64,000 nucleotides of DNA from NCBI GenBank assembly GCA_910592345.1, contig CAJVPI010000051.1, positions 1 through 64,000 on the forward strand. Direction: 5' to 3'. Below the pieces are notes generated by a model. The model saw nothing but the letters and a program-made list of their open reading frames with translations, was not told where the DNA came from and did no database searches. Numbering within the stretch: position 1 is the stretch's first letter; the number at the start of each line of letters is the position of its first letter. The stretch is from Paraglomus brasilianum. Its lineage: Eukaryota. The position numbers and the translations under genes were made by a program. Below, piece by piece: positions 14,261 to 27,592 of the stretch.

Positions 14261-14417
14261 TAATCTATGCTCTTGCTTTGCCCTTCCCGTAATTGTCCTC
14301 ATCATAAGAAGAAACTTCGTAATCTGCCGGCTCTGGCTTATCAATTTGAAGCTCTTCCCATTTATCTGAATAAATCGACAGTTACTATGAGTGAATTGTA
14401 TTTGCAAAAGCTAAATA

Positions 14418-14581
14418 CAAGTGACTTTGGCTATAACGACACTCTCGGGCAATAAAAAAAGTGTGGTTGTCGGTTTATCCAGCAACTTATCCAGCCAATT
14501 TTAGAATGAAACTGTCTTCGGTTTTCAAAAGAAAGTCGAATTGTCGCTTTATCCAGCTGTCGTTATAACCAGAGTCACTTG
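14418..14581. mobile_element. MITE (Tc1/mariner-pogo type), 24-bp TIRs, TA target-site duplication
   Basis: TA-caagtgactttggctataacgaca ... tgtcgttataaccagagtcacttg-TA; the TIRs differ at 2 positions; internal ttatccagc repeats. Confidence 0.85.
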
Positions 14582-14592
14582 TACGTAGCTAG

Positions 14593-14934
14593 TCATAAAT
14601 CGTTGTAGTTAACAGTGAAGTGTTTGTTCCCTGCTGATAATGTCAATATCATTCTCAGCCTCGATCTTTTTCATTTCTACTGCTGCTCCAGTAATAACTT
14701 ACCAGTCTCTTCATCATACGTCGTCATACCCAACACCATTTCGTCTGTTAACCCAGCAGACTCAACAGTCTGACCCGCATCTAACAGGTTATCGCCGTTA
14801 TACAGCCTTATGTGTTTTGGATCTTTACTGATAATCGAAGATAATACTTTATGTATTGAATAAATCTCGTCTTGGGGATTTGAAGTAACGAATATAGTCG
14901 TCCTGCGGTTTTTAACTCGAAAATAGAGCGACAT
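14593..14934 (-). CDS. Elongin B-like ubiquitin-fold protein (2 exons)
   Basis: MSLYFRVKNRRTTIFVT...IRLYNGDNLLDAGQTVESAGL parallels animal Elongin B (..RRHKTTIF..QRLYKDDQLLDDGKTL..CG, recalled). GTAAGT intron from 14702; short last exon ends at TGA 14593-14595. Confidence 0.75.
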
Positions 14935-15565
14935 TCGAAGCATAATTAATAGGGTATGAATCAACAGAGATGAGAACACATTTGTGCGACTTCCCTTTCA
15001 TGTGATACGGATCCTAATAATAACGACAATCAAGTTGGCGACCGAGAAATCGAAATGGTTTAGTTGCAAGAACTCACAGACAACCAATGACTTGACCATC
15101 AATTACTAGTGCAAGGCATTGCATGCTATGTGCCCAGAGAAAATTATATATGGTAGCACATCTTACAAGTCAGCGTTTATTTATCACGACTCTTTTTAAT
15201 TGATTTGGTAATTAAAAGCAATCAAACAAATAATTTACTTATATCTACTCATTTCATTATAATAAAAAGCCTAATTCGATACCAACATTTGGAGGCAGAA
15301 TTTAGTTGACCCAAACATCTCAAACTAAACGTTTGGCACAAATGGTACCCTAATTTTTCTGTTCATGTTACTAAAGTTTTTAAAACTTTGCATAGACAGC
15401 CGTAAAATCTTTTCAACTCCTCAACGTCAACGGTGCACGCTGTCGTTTTCTGCGAGTATTTAAGTAATACTACACATTGTTTACCAGATTTCTTTAACAT
15501 GCGTATCTAACCATGCACTCTCATCCTAATACGCTCGTATTCTTTCATGTCTCACTTTTTTTCTT

Positions 15566-17231
15566 TCACCCCTTGAATACTCTGTAAACCTCATACTCGT
15601 CTACAGAAAATGCCCCACACTCTCCCCTGATTGGCAAAGAATAACTGCCTTGGTTACAGAACCATCGTTTTGGATATTGATTACTCTGCATCATCAAATC
15701 TGGTGCATTATTGCTTCCAAACACGGGTCCTCTTGCACTATTATAACAAATAGCCGTATTCTCTGCTTTAACCCTACTCAAAACAGCATTCTTTACATTA
15801 TCCCTTTGTAAGGAAAATAAAAAAGCTTCTTGCGTTTTAGCATACGTCATCACGGAGGGCGATAACCAATCAATGGGATTGTATCCACCGACAAGTTCTC
15901 CAGTTTCGGATACTTGTAAAATAACAACTGTCGGACCCTTATTGTCACAGAGAGAATGAAAGACATCTGTTGAAAAATCCTCACGACTACCGCGAAGGAG
16001 GAGAGAAAATTTGTATGTTTGGGACAGAGACGAAGAGGGAAATGTCCAATGATCGATGCAACCAGAGATCCAAGCGGAAAGACTAGGAGTCAGAAGGGTG
16101 TCATCCAAAGGGGGCGATGCAAGTGTGGACAGACAGTTTGTTATGGTGGATGAATCAGTGTTTACGACAGAATCCGCGTTTACAATCGCTTTTTGGCGAT
16201 GGTTGTTTTCTTGCCTTTTCTGATTACCACTCCCACGTCTTCTCTGTAAGACCTTTTCATCATTCTCCTGCTCTGGATTCGTATGATATTGTAATATCTC
16301 TTTGTACAATTTATTCGGCAATAGTTTCTCAAATAGTCCACGTCGATTTGCAAATTCAGTCGAAGAAATATGGAAAAACCTGATGCAAGGTATAAAATCT
16401 TCTAGTATGCTCTTAAGAACGTCGTAGTCTTCCTTAGTCCATGTAGATACATCTGAGGAAAGAGACGTTTGAGAAATACACCACCGAAAAGTATAGTCCC
16501 AAATGCGTACCTCGCTGAGAGACAAGTCGTCTCGTTGGAGGAGGCGTACAAGTGCAATTTTTGAGAGATGCGGAAAGTCGTCTGCAGAGAGGAATGTCTT
16601 TGGTGTTTCTATGATCAGTGAAATACACCTGTTTTGAAGTATTGCAAAGTCAGAGTTTGTAAATGCTAATTGTTGAGTGGATATGAAGTTGTCTCGTATC
16701 CACTCATCATGATCTGTCACTAAACGTTCTTGAAAATATGAACACAAATCTAACAGACAGAGTGTCTGAGATGAGAGTAGCAACTCGAGTAATTTTGTGG
16801 GCGAAGTATCTGCTAAAGGTGGGAGAATTCCGGTATAGATATATCTGACATTAAAATAAATGTGCAAAATCAATTAACAAAACTCGGCACTACTTAATTA
16901 GCGAAGCATCCACATTTCTTTATCTCATTAGTATCTTACATCGTGTTTTGTTTAACACTCACTTCAATAGAACCTCAAAATCTCCTTCATCAAAATCATC
17001 CAATCTGATCGTTTGTTCACCATTATTTGCTTCGTTATCTTGCAATTTGCTTCTAAAATATTCACTCCTAACACTCAATATAATTCCATGTGCTTTATAG
17101 GCTTTTTTGGCTGACGAATTTTCTATTTCAATAATCACATCAGCTGTATCTCTGACTTCGTAGAGTTTTGTTAAATCTCTTGAAAGGGTTTCGAGATACC
17201 TGGCCGTCATATTCAATGTTGGATGGGGCAT
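15566..17231 (-). CDS. BTB/POZ-BACK-TLDc domain protein (2 exons; intron 16845-16962)
   Basis: BTB: ADVIIE..YKAHGIILSVRSEYF..FEVLLK|YIYTG. BACK: LLQRDDLSLSEVRIWD..RW. TLDc: LLLRGSRE..FHSLCDNKGPTV..LVGGYNPIDW..AFLFS..GPVFG..FSVDEYEVY. Start could be 17231 or 17210. Confidence 0.92.
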
Positions 17232-18495
17232 CAGCCATCCAATAAGAATTCTTATCTTCGTGTTACTTGATAATTACGTCATTGTAAATTCTATTCCCAT
17301 ACCTGATCAATTGCATTGTGCAAGCGCGAAGAGTTCTGTAGAATTGTTGTTAACGGGCAATAATATATTATAGTTATAGTAAATGTCCCGACTAGAATAA
17401 CAATGCAAGAAATGTTTGTTTTCAGCATTCCACGTAATAGTAATGCAATTCCGAGCACATAAACCGTTTAGACACGTGATCAGAGTATATTGACATGACA
17501 AAACCGCGTCGACTGGAAGTACTATTTATTGTAGTTAACATAAGTCTCAATTGTTCCCGTATTTGCAGTCGACATTCTTTATACATAAACGAGTGGACAA
17601 GTCTTCCGCCAGCTTCCTGAAGCAAAATCGATAATTCACTGCCACTAACGCTGGATAAATTAGTCGGCTGATATGAGTCATTCAACCATAATGAACTTTG
17701 CCGAGCGCATGGTTTACGGAGAAATCCAACCATTCAGTATTGTTGGGGAAGTAATTTGCTCGCAGGCTCACCTATCGTTAACATTAGCAATTGATGCATA
17801 ATATTGAAACTATGCAAAACTGAATTCAAGTATTAAGAATTACTGACGCGCCGAGAGACAATTTTCCACTGCTACCCAAATGTACCTTTTGATTGGCCCA
17901 TGCAACAATCCGTGAGCCGTGAGCCAGATATTAAATATTGTCAATGAAATCAAGATCTGCTTGAACAAACAAAGAAAAGTTTAGACTGGTGTCAACCTCC
18001 AAATGAACCCGGGTGCTTAGAAAACTGTTCGTATTGCCGAACATTTACATAATAATAATAATCGAGTGCTTGAAATGGTTTAGTCAGATGCAAGCAACCA
18101 TTACCATTTCAGTTAATCTGATTGCGATAGCAGTTTTAAAGATTGGCTGTTGCTTTTGTACGTACACAAATTCATTAGCATTGCCCAATGACAAAAGTGT
18201 TTAATCAAATAGAGGAAGGTACACAACAAACAGACATACAAATGAAAACAATGTATATGTCGTATATAAACAAGTATGCATGATGGCTTATCCCACCGAT
18301 TGTACGAGCAAATTACTACTTTATTGCACTAAGACTTTGATATCTTCTACTTTATGCAGTCCACTCTAAGATTTTTCGTCACACATTGTTTGGAAGCCAA
18401 CGAGTCTTTTGACGATCGGGTCGCTTTGAAAATCTCTTATGATGTGCGGGAGAAAGAAGTTTGCCAAATTATCACTTGAGATGTATATTAATCAG

Positions 18496-18544
18496 AAGCA
18501 ACAGGGATAATAATAACGGGAAGCAACAGGGGTAATAATAACGG
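18496..18544. repeat. Short tandem duplication (about 25 bp x2)
   Basis: gaagcaacaggg(a/g)taataataacgg repeated twice. Confidence 0.8.
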
Positions 18545-19217
18545 TGGAAGAAAATCTTTTTCGATTAAATATTAAAGTTGTAGTACGAATATGTTTATTG
18601 ACGTGTAACAAAATTATAAGAGTCAGAAAAGAGATTGTGTAGACTGCAAGCCAACAGATTACTATATGTAATTACCCCTTTGTGCTAATTTCCACATTCT
18701 AATTCGACTGCCCAGAGAGGAAATGCTCTTTACCATTTTCGTCTAAAGCTAGAACGTTCAAATTATAGGCTGGGAAATCGTACTAACAGTCTACCTGCTT
18801 GCCTGCACCCAAGGGTTTTAATTTAAATACAGCTCGTCCTCCGTTCTTGTCTACTACTAAAAGTCATTCACTACATTGCTTATGCTACACTCATTCTATA
18901 TAAATTACTATAAATGCACACGTGTTTATCATATATGATTGGTTACAGAATTGCATAATTTATTAGTTTGTGACCCCAACCAATTATTAAGCTGATCAAT
19001 CGGTTGGTTTTGGTGGGTTTTATCAACTAGACGAGGTTCAGGTCTAATTACTTTTTCCGGCGTCAATTGGAATTTGCTTATTTTTCACTTTCTTTACGGG
19101 TTTTACCCTTATTCATTCCTTCATTCCTTAGTCTTTTCATTTCATTTCATCCGACTCACGTAATTACTACCACTTACTCTGGACATTTTGTATTATTCGA
19201 AGTAGAGTCAAACAAGA

Positions 19218-20862
19218 ATGACTCTAGAAGCAGCGACATTATTTACCTTGTTTGCAGACGGTCCATACTTTCGTCGTCTTCCAGCTGATACCGACTTAAC
19301 GTCAGACGATAATAATCTCATAGCGGATTATCTGGCCGCATTTGATGTAAAAATTAAAGTTGGAGAAGGCAATGACTCTGCTATATTCTTGGCCTGTTCC
19401 GATGTATTATGCTCAAGATCACAATATTTTTATGCCTCGCTCTCAAATACCGTGATAACGGAAGAAGACTTGTTCTTTATACTGGAGAAACCACATATCA
19501 GAGCTGATACATTTGAAGATATTCTGAGGTGAGGATTTTCCACATGATTCTTTGAGACCTATAGCCGATACTCTGATTAAAGATCTGTACCATGACCGCC
19601 TCAAAATTTTCTCTTTATTTCTGCTCAGATACATTTGCACGGGAGCTACAAACATCGATCAGCTCGACGCCTCAACACTATTTGAACTTTTAAAAGCAGC
19701 TGACGAACTGCTCCTATACGATTTGGTTGAAGGCATAAAAACGGTCTTTTTCCGTCGATACCAAAAATGTCAACCCGACTCGCCAGTAACAATATTGAAC
19801 GAAGTTTTTCAACAGTCACTAACAAGCGACTTTGAAGATTTGGTTCGCAATTTGATAGAAGAGAATCCCTGGGCATTATACAAGTCACCGGATTTACATT
19901 ATGTAAGCGAGGCAACTATGCAACGGCTGGCTGAGCATGCAAATGCCAATGGGAGTCAGGGCGTCATTCTCGACATTATTATCAAATGGGGCATACGCAA
20001 GAACCAGCAGTTACCAATGTCCATCTCACAATGGAAACGCAAAGAGTTTACGATACTAAAACGAACAATTAAACGAGTCATTAACTTTTTACGCTTCACT
20101 GATCGTGTCAACGGATATGCTAATGCAGCATTGATACCGTTCGAGATGATCGCACCCACAAAAATGGTTAAGCAGTTACGAGCAGCAGGAGCTCTACCCA
20201 TGGGACCATTTCATCCATGTTTGCAAGTTCCCAATACGAATCTTATCTCTGATGAATTAGCCGATCGACTGTTGGAACAATTGCACGGCGGAGATGGTGT
20301 ATGGTTTCAACCATCCAAAAATGGTAAGCCGCTCTTCAAGACTTTGTTTGCATCAAAGTCTAAATTAGGTATTTCGTCAGCACACCTTCCGCCAAAGAGA
20401 ACCGTTGCATACAGACTATTAATTAGGTGTGTAAGCAAACAACGCACGTTCTACACCAAGTTTGATGATCGAGGCATCATACGCGCACCAACACTCATAC
20501 TTGCCAGAAGGGAGAACTCATCCCAGGTAGTCGGCGGATATGCAGCGGAAGGTGTAACTAATCCGCAACAGGCGGTGTGTGGAGAATCTAAAGATTCGTT
20601 CATTTTCTCATTTCCATCTTGGAACATTGATGAGAGTACGGGAGAATTGGCTGATGATGTTGATGAACCGCAATGGCAAGATCGTGGAATATGTCGCGGT
20701 AATATTAAATTAGACCTCGATGGCAAGAACATCACAGTAAAGCCAGACTATTATGTTGGAAAAGATTTTATCGGCAGGCCAAAGGAATTGGACATTCAGT
20801 TTGAAGAATGCGAGATGCTCGAAGTACATAAAGAAGAAATAGAGCTTGCTGTTGGTTGTTAG
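19218..20862 (+). CDS. BTB/POZ-BACK protein with divergent TLDc-like C-terminus (2 exons; intron 19529-19628)
   Basis: FDVKIKVG..LCSRSQYF..LEKPHIRADTFEDILR|YICTG, LLKAADELLL, IIKWG; degenerate TLDc remnants PTLIL..VVGGYA..DSFIFSF. Confidence 0.85.
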
Positions 20863-22659
20863 AAGAAAGCAAAATTAAAAAATCAATTAATTTAGTAAAC
20901 ACAATAATACTAGACGTTATCCTTTTCTCTCTTTCTTTTTCCTTTCTTTCTATTTGATTTTGTGTATAGTAACAAGCCATTAACTGCAAGACAGTAATGT
21001 CACAAATATCCATCAGGTATACATCATTCTCGATCATAGTAATTTACATGACTCGTCTATGATGTAATGTTAACGACGCTAATAACGTAATCTGTTTTTA
21101 TAATATAAACGACAATTTACCAACTTTTAATGTGACAAGAAATCTTCATTATCAGCAGAAACGCTTTCGAGATTTATATTCGTCCGGTCGCAAAAGTATG
21201 ACTTAATTTCGAACCACAGTTTCAAATAATTGTCAGCAGAGAGATTATTAATGACTGTAATATAGATATTGATGTACGAAGTGAGTACTTTATACCAAGT
21301 TGATTGCCCAAACGGCTCTCTAATGGTCCCACAATTTTTGGGCATACTTTTCCTACGGGCAGGCCATTAAATGGTTTTGCATTGTGTATTCAAACTTGAG
21401 CAGAACAAAGATTGAACCTTTTTTGACAGTTTAAAAACAACCGTAAGTGTTAAAAAACCGCGAGGCAAAATAATTTATGTTGTACGCGTTCGAAGAGCTT
21501 TTTTTTGGTAACATGCTGTGTAAATACCCAAGCGGATTGTTGAAGTAATACAGATCTCAAAATGAGTTTTCTAACTCTTGTTCTCAAGTAAATATCTAAC
21601 CATCATGTCCCAGTAAAAGCGTTTGCAAAAGAATGCGTTCGCTAAGAACAAGAGTTAAAAATGTCGAGTTAACATTACTACTTGTGTCAACACGGACACC
21701 AGTGGTTTCACTATGTGTTCCTTCGTGGCGAACATCCAACTTAAACGCTGAGTGCCGATGGAGAGATAATAACGCGTATGAGAAAGATACATGTCACCCT
21801 GCAGAGCGTAGATCCAATGTTTGGATAAAATATATCGAATGACTTGTTATCCGTAGTGGTTATCTCACTTAACACATCGAAGAGGTCTACAGACATTGTC
21901 ATAGCCACCAACCTCCAAGTATGATTAATATTCTATATGTATATCATGTTGGACTGTAGGGAATTTCTTTTATGAGATAATCGATAGTTGTCTTCAATTA
22001 ATTTATTGAGGGTGTTTATAATTATTATTTCACTGAACCGGAGATTAACAATTAAGGATACTGTTAGCCTATGACAATGCTGCGATTTTACGAGTTGTAT
22101 TCCGTTGTGACAAAGAGTTAAAGCGCGTACGTGACTAGAAATTCAAAATCAGTGGTAAATGGGGAATCGTTTGATTTGCGATAGAACCTAAAAGCCGCTT
22201 AATAGGCATATTCTAAGGACACCGTTTCAAATATTGGATAAAAGCATATCCATTATTCGTAATCTTCGTGTGACATTATAACGATAATTAAGAATTCGCA
22301 TAAATTCAAGTTTCACTGCGTAGTATAACTATGCATGTGCAATCAATTTTCATTGCATAATAATGATAGTGACCAAAGTTCAGTAATATAATAAGTCATC
22401 ACAAGTGCTAGGAGCAAAAAACGCTTTCTTTATTTAATATTGTTTAGATCATTTACTCACATCCAAATCACTCGTTGATCACATTCTTATAACCATCCAA
22501 CTTGCTTGATCGCTTCAGCAGTCGAGAAGTTTTTGCTTGATCAATTGACACGTTTAAGACCACTCAACAAGATCCTTCTGGGTTACGTTTAAATTATCTC
22601 GCTTTTCACACCATGGTCGCGTTCTAATAATCAATTGGTTTGCTCCCTATCATAATGCA

Positions 22660-23270
22660 TAAAATTATTCAATCCCCGACGATATAAGCGTCATCAAATT
22701 TTCTATATTAAGATTATCGAACGCCAATCAGATTTCGCGACTATATTATCGTTGGGGAAACTGCGCCGAGTCGGTGTCTTGGAGAGTAATGAATGGACGG
22801 AAGAAATACCGTGTCGTCTTGGGGTCTCAAACATTCGATATAAAGAAGAAACAATTCCGGAAACCATGTTCCATGTGGATAGTCGAAATAATCGCAAATA
22901 AATTAGATCGTAAGCGTGTTGCAGAATTTCTTGACCGTTATATCGAACGTGGAAGTCTTACTACTTATAAATGTTACTTGGAAGATGTCAAAGCGTATGG
23001 CTTTGATCATATTATTCTCATCGGAAATTGTTACGCTGGAATTCTTTTTTCTGGACTGCTACGGTCGTGTGTTCGAATGAGTGTTTTGTGGTCGCATGGA
23101 GATATACCGCCAAAGGAATCTCTGACTAAATATGTACTATGGGGTGTAGAGTTTGATGGAACTGTCACAGAACGGTGTGTCATAATTAGTTTCTTTTATC
23201 CTAGATTCACCAATAAACTAAGTATTAAATAGGCACTTTTGGGATGGACGCATAGGAGTAATATAATAAG
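22660..23270 (+). pseudogene. Frameshifted member of a small fungal 'LDCYGRVF' (SUKH-like) protein family
   Basis: ORF 22774-23232 reads AYGFDHIILIGNCYAGILF. A frame change in the T-run near 23050 gives ILFLDCYGRVFE..VLW. There is an in-frame stop upstream and no clean start. Confidence 0.45.
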
Positions 23271-24864
23271 GATACGCAAAACATCTAAACCCCATTTTAA
23301 ATTTTTCCAATCCGCAGTCACGGGAACAAAGTGTCAATCATATAGTGGTTATTAACATTAATTAATATTAAGACTGATACTAGAACAAAATTTTATGCCT
23401 CTGTGTACAATATGCTTAATGTAATTATCAACATGTCCTTTGAATACAGTTTTAATCTTATCTGTCAATGTTAAACGTTCCTTTATACACGCTGTTCATG
23501 CAATGGGTCTAGTAGATTAAAGCTTATTATTAAAAATGGAAATATCAAAATACTGTATATCATACAAATATATTTAGTTCAGCCAACCACGCGTCAACTA
23601 AACCTGTGGTAATTGTTTATAATTGCTTTGTGGCTTGGGAATAGATTAGTGCGGATTATTTTGCGTAACTTGGTCATGAGAAAATAGGTCGTTGAAATTC
23701 CATATTGATCGTCGAATAGCTCGTGTATTCTCATGTGATTCCCGTCAAGCTTATCTCGTTCTATGAAGAATAAAGCAGAAATCGACAACTTTTATGATCC
23801 AACCGCAGGTTGCTAATTCAACACGAGATCCGAAACTTTAGTTTGTTTGAGCGTCCTTTTGCTTGTCTTACAAATCGTATGATCTGCAACGCATTGACGT
23901 AGTTCGTGCACATTTTGAGTGCACTATGTAACATTTTCTTGCTTATTAAAAATATTCGATCTACGTTTGGCGGATATGTAATACCAAAAAAGTGCAACTA
24001 ACCGAATGTTACATGTTTCGGGTCTGCACATCTCGGCACACGCTGTGTGGAGGTAAACTTAATAATATACCGGTAATTTCATCCGAAAGACATTCAGAAC
24101 AGAAAACTCTGGCTCGGTAATATACTTGCGAGAGTCAGTATTAATTTTTTTAAATCGAGCGCTGCATAAATGTCACAAATATACAGACTTTGGTCGTTTG
24201 ATAATTAGCGGTAGTATTGTTTCTTCGTTAGCTGTTTCGCTCCTGGTAGAATCGCGTTTGTAATAATATTTTGCTTTGCCCAATCCAGTTTTTTCGAGTC
24301 TATCGCAATTATTGAAACTCTGTCTATTAAGCATACTAATACTACATATTAATATTATGTTTCCATGGACTGAAACAATCGTTTCTAACGTAGTCACTTT
24401 ATTAATACTTTTCGCTGGTTTTATTAATCTGTTGGAATTAATTAAACTAAATACAGGAAGCGATGCCTGTGTTCCAGAAATTTATTTGGCGTTATAATTC
24501 CTTATGCTGCAGTATCCCCCATTTGAGTAACAAACTGTCAGGGGAATGACTAAATTTAAAGGAGACTCTTCACTAAGGTTTATTTGGTCATACTCACAGG
24601 GGTAAATTACAACCATGGAAGCCCATAAAGACAGAACCCCGAATACAACTGAGGAGAAAGTGGTGTTGTATTTAATGATCAATTGTCTCGAGAGAATTGA
24701 ATTTCTCAGAGAGTAACGTTTGTCGCGGGCTTACTGTCTCTTTCATCTTTAACGAACTAACGACTTAACGACTTAACGACTTCTTGCTTAACGTCCCTGT
24801 CGCTGACATCCAAGCCTTGAAAATCTCATCTTCAATTACCCACGCAAACGTTTACTTCCACAAA

Positions 24865-25986
24865 ATGTCAACGCCATTCGCACAACCTTCCAAATCATTT
24901 TCTCTTCTCCCTTCATCACCATCATCTTCCGCTTCCACATCACGCAAATACCAATCAACTCGCCCAATTCGTTCCAAATCTCTTCCCATTATCATTCCAT
25001 CTTCCCCACCAACGCCAAAAAACGATCCTACTGTTTACCCCGAACTTCCATCTGATCCTAAAACTTGGACTTCCGATCATGTTGCATTATATCTTACATA
25101 CTGTCTCCGGCTGTATCCGCCCGCAATTATACGTGATTTAACTCGATATGTGTCGGAAGAACACACATTGACGGGGAAAAGGTTCATGAGGTTGAAAGAA
25201 GAGAATTTGAGACATATGGGTTTTAATGAGAGATGGATTAAGTTAATCATGATGGGCGTTAAAGCGCTCCGAAGGCAGAGTTTAAAGGACAAAATATTAG
25301 GAAATAATGGAGATTATAAAGACATTGTTGAAGAAGATGAAATTGAAGAGTTGGAAGATGAGGATATGAAGAGCGGGGATGAGAGTGGTAAGTTGTTGTC
25401 AAGACAGGAAATTTCATGGTCAATTATCTGATCGCCTTATCACAATGTAAAGCCCATCCAACCAACTTGTAACAGTTCTAACAATAATCATTCTTCCACC
25501 CTACGTACAGATCTTTCCCCGGATACTCCGATTTCTTCCTCTTCTTCTTTTTCTTCACCTCGTACTCCTTCACCAAATAATGAAAAATCCTTCCTACTTA
25601 CCCCAATTACTACAACCAATTCAGTTAGCTTGTTATCGACGGAAGATAAGACTTTTATTCAACCAACATTCACGAAATTGAAAGATGAGGTTATGATAGA
25701 CTTAAGGGATCAACAGAACACGGTTGATGCGCCGTCCGATCCTCAATCCCACAATCGCGGTTCCTGCCTCCCCCCTCCAAACACTGGGGCTTCCGTACAG
25801 CGTTTCTCCTGGTCCTACATTTTTTCTTGGCCTCTTTCTTTATCTCGCATTCTCACAGGACTCTGGCTGTTAAAACGCGAAGTGTTGGAGAATATACCTC
25901 AACACAGATTTTCACAGGGATTTGCTGTTGGCGGATTTGTAGTCTGGGCCTGGACGAGAGTCTCTCGGACGGCAAGACAATGGTGA
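24865..25986 (+). CDS. SAM/Pointed-like domain protein with Ser/Pro-rich regions and C-terminal hydrophobic tail (2 exons; intron 25388-25510)
   Basis: LPSDPKTWTSDHVALYL...LTGKRFMRLKEENLRHMGF is a SAM-type pattern. A GTAAGT..TACAG intron joins ORFs 24784-25431 and 25630-25986 in frame. C-terminus FSQGFAVGGFVVWAWTR. Confidence 0.8.
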
Positions 25987-27592
25987 TTTTTGTTAAACAC
26001 GCGTTCAATTAACAATTGTTCTTTCTTATTTGGTGCCCTTATTCATAATTAATTCCTGTATAATGTATCTATTACGCATATTATACTATTGTAAGCAAGA
26101 AGCAAATATTATAACATTATTCCGAGACACATGATTTTGAACCATGGGATGGGGAGTGCGCCTAGAAATATTGTCTAAAATAACAATGAATCGTGTCATA
26201 TCGTGAGACTGCTGCGCTTACCGTTCCATTCACAATAATGCAAATTCGCCGACTTGAGTTCCTTTTATCTTGCCTGGTTAAGAATTGTTCATTGCGATAT
26301 TTGCGTGGTCGGTTTTATAATTAAATATTTAATACACACGCTATTTATATCCAACTGGTATCATTGCCTACTACATACCAGAGGGCCCAGTTCTATCATA
26401 AATAGTTTTAGTTGATATCAATTTGGAAGACACGTTATAGGCCAAATTTTCGGGAAGAGTTTACTATTACTATACTCTAGATACATTTTCTAGGTTCCAG
26501 AAAGACTTTCCGATGACGATGATTGAAAGTACACGAATATTCGTCGCCCGTCATGCCTCAGAAACCTATTATTATACGATATAATACTTCAGCAAGTTCT
26601 TATGCCTAATCTTGAAGGCTTCTTTCAATATTTATTTATTTATTTCTCTAATATAGTCAAATCGGATAAAATCAAATAGAAGATAGCTCGACCTTACGTA
26701 ACTATTTATTCATCATTTCTGAGCTTGTCTCTATGCACAGCTTTCTATTTTACCAACTGCTATGATTGACTGTTGATAAACAGAATCACTAGTAACAGCA
26801 AGGATATCTCTTTTACTTAGCAATAATCATTGTGAATATAGTACTTCTATCGCCAGTTGCAAAGTGAGAGGTTTATATAGAAAGCAGGACGTCAAATAAG
26901 CCTAAGGTGAGAATTATATCAAAGGTCTTAAGGCGTTAATAAATGTGAATTTAGACTTGTGTCACCCAAGAAATATTCGCGATCTTATTACGAGGTAGGA
27001 ACAGTTTACAGTAGTAAAACGCTCGCTTATTTTAAGGCGTTGGCCAGTATTATTACTCCCCAATCAGCTAGAAACGCCTCGTGTAATTCAGCAAACTTTT
27101 CTTTCGGAATCATTTATTCCAAGAAACGAATAGCGTTTTTTATTCAGTGGAACTATTATATGCACTATTTTTCATATACAGATAATCTTATGCGTATAAT
27201 TTTATAAATTTGTAGAGAGACTTTGGCGCTCTTTGTCAAATTCTGTTTTCAAACTATATTGCATGTTTGTTATTATTATTATTATTATTAGAAAAACCAT
27301 TGATCCTGATACACAGAACACCTCGTTTTGATACACTTGCTGGGGTCATACCCATTTTTCATGCGACCCATTATTATTATTGATCTGAACAATTTGATTT
27401 ATATTGGCCACTTACATATGACTGAGTACATCGATTACACGTATTTTATTAGGAAAAATCAACTATTACGTGCTACTGCTCACTAGTATTTTCTCTATTA
27501 TTCAACCACGTACAGTGTAATATATATTTTTTTCTTATTATGTTCAACATCATCGTCGAAGCGGATATTCTTACTAAGCGATTCTTCGACAA

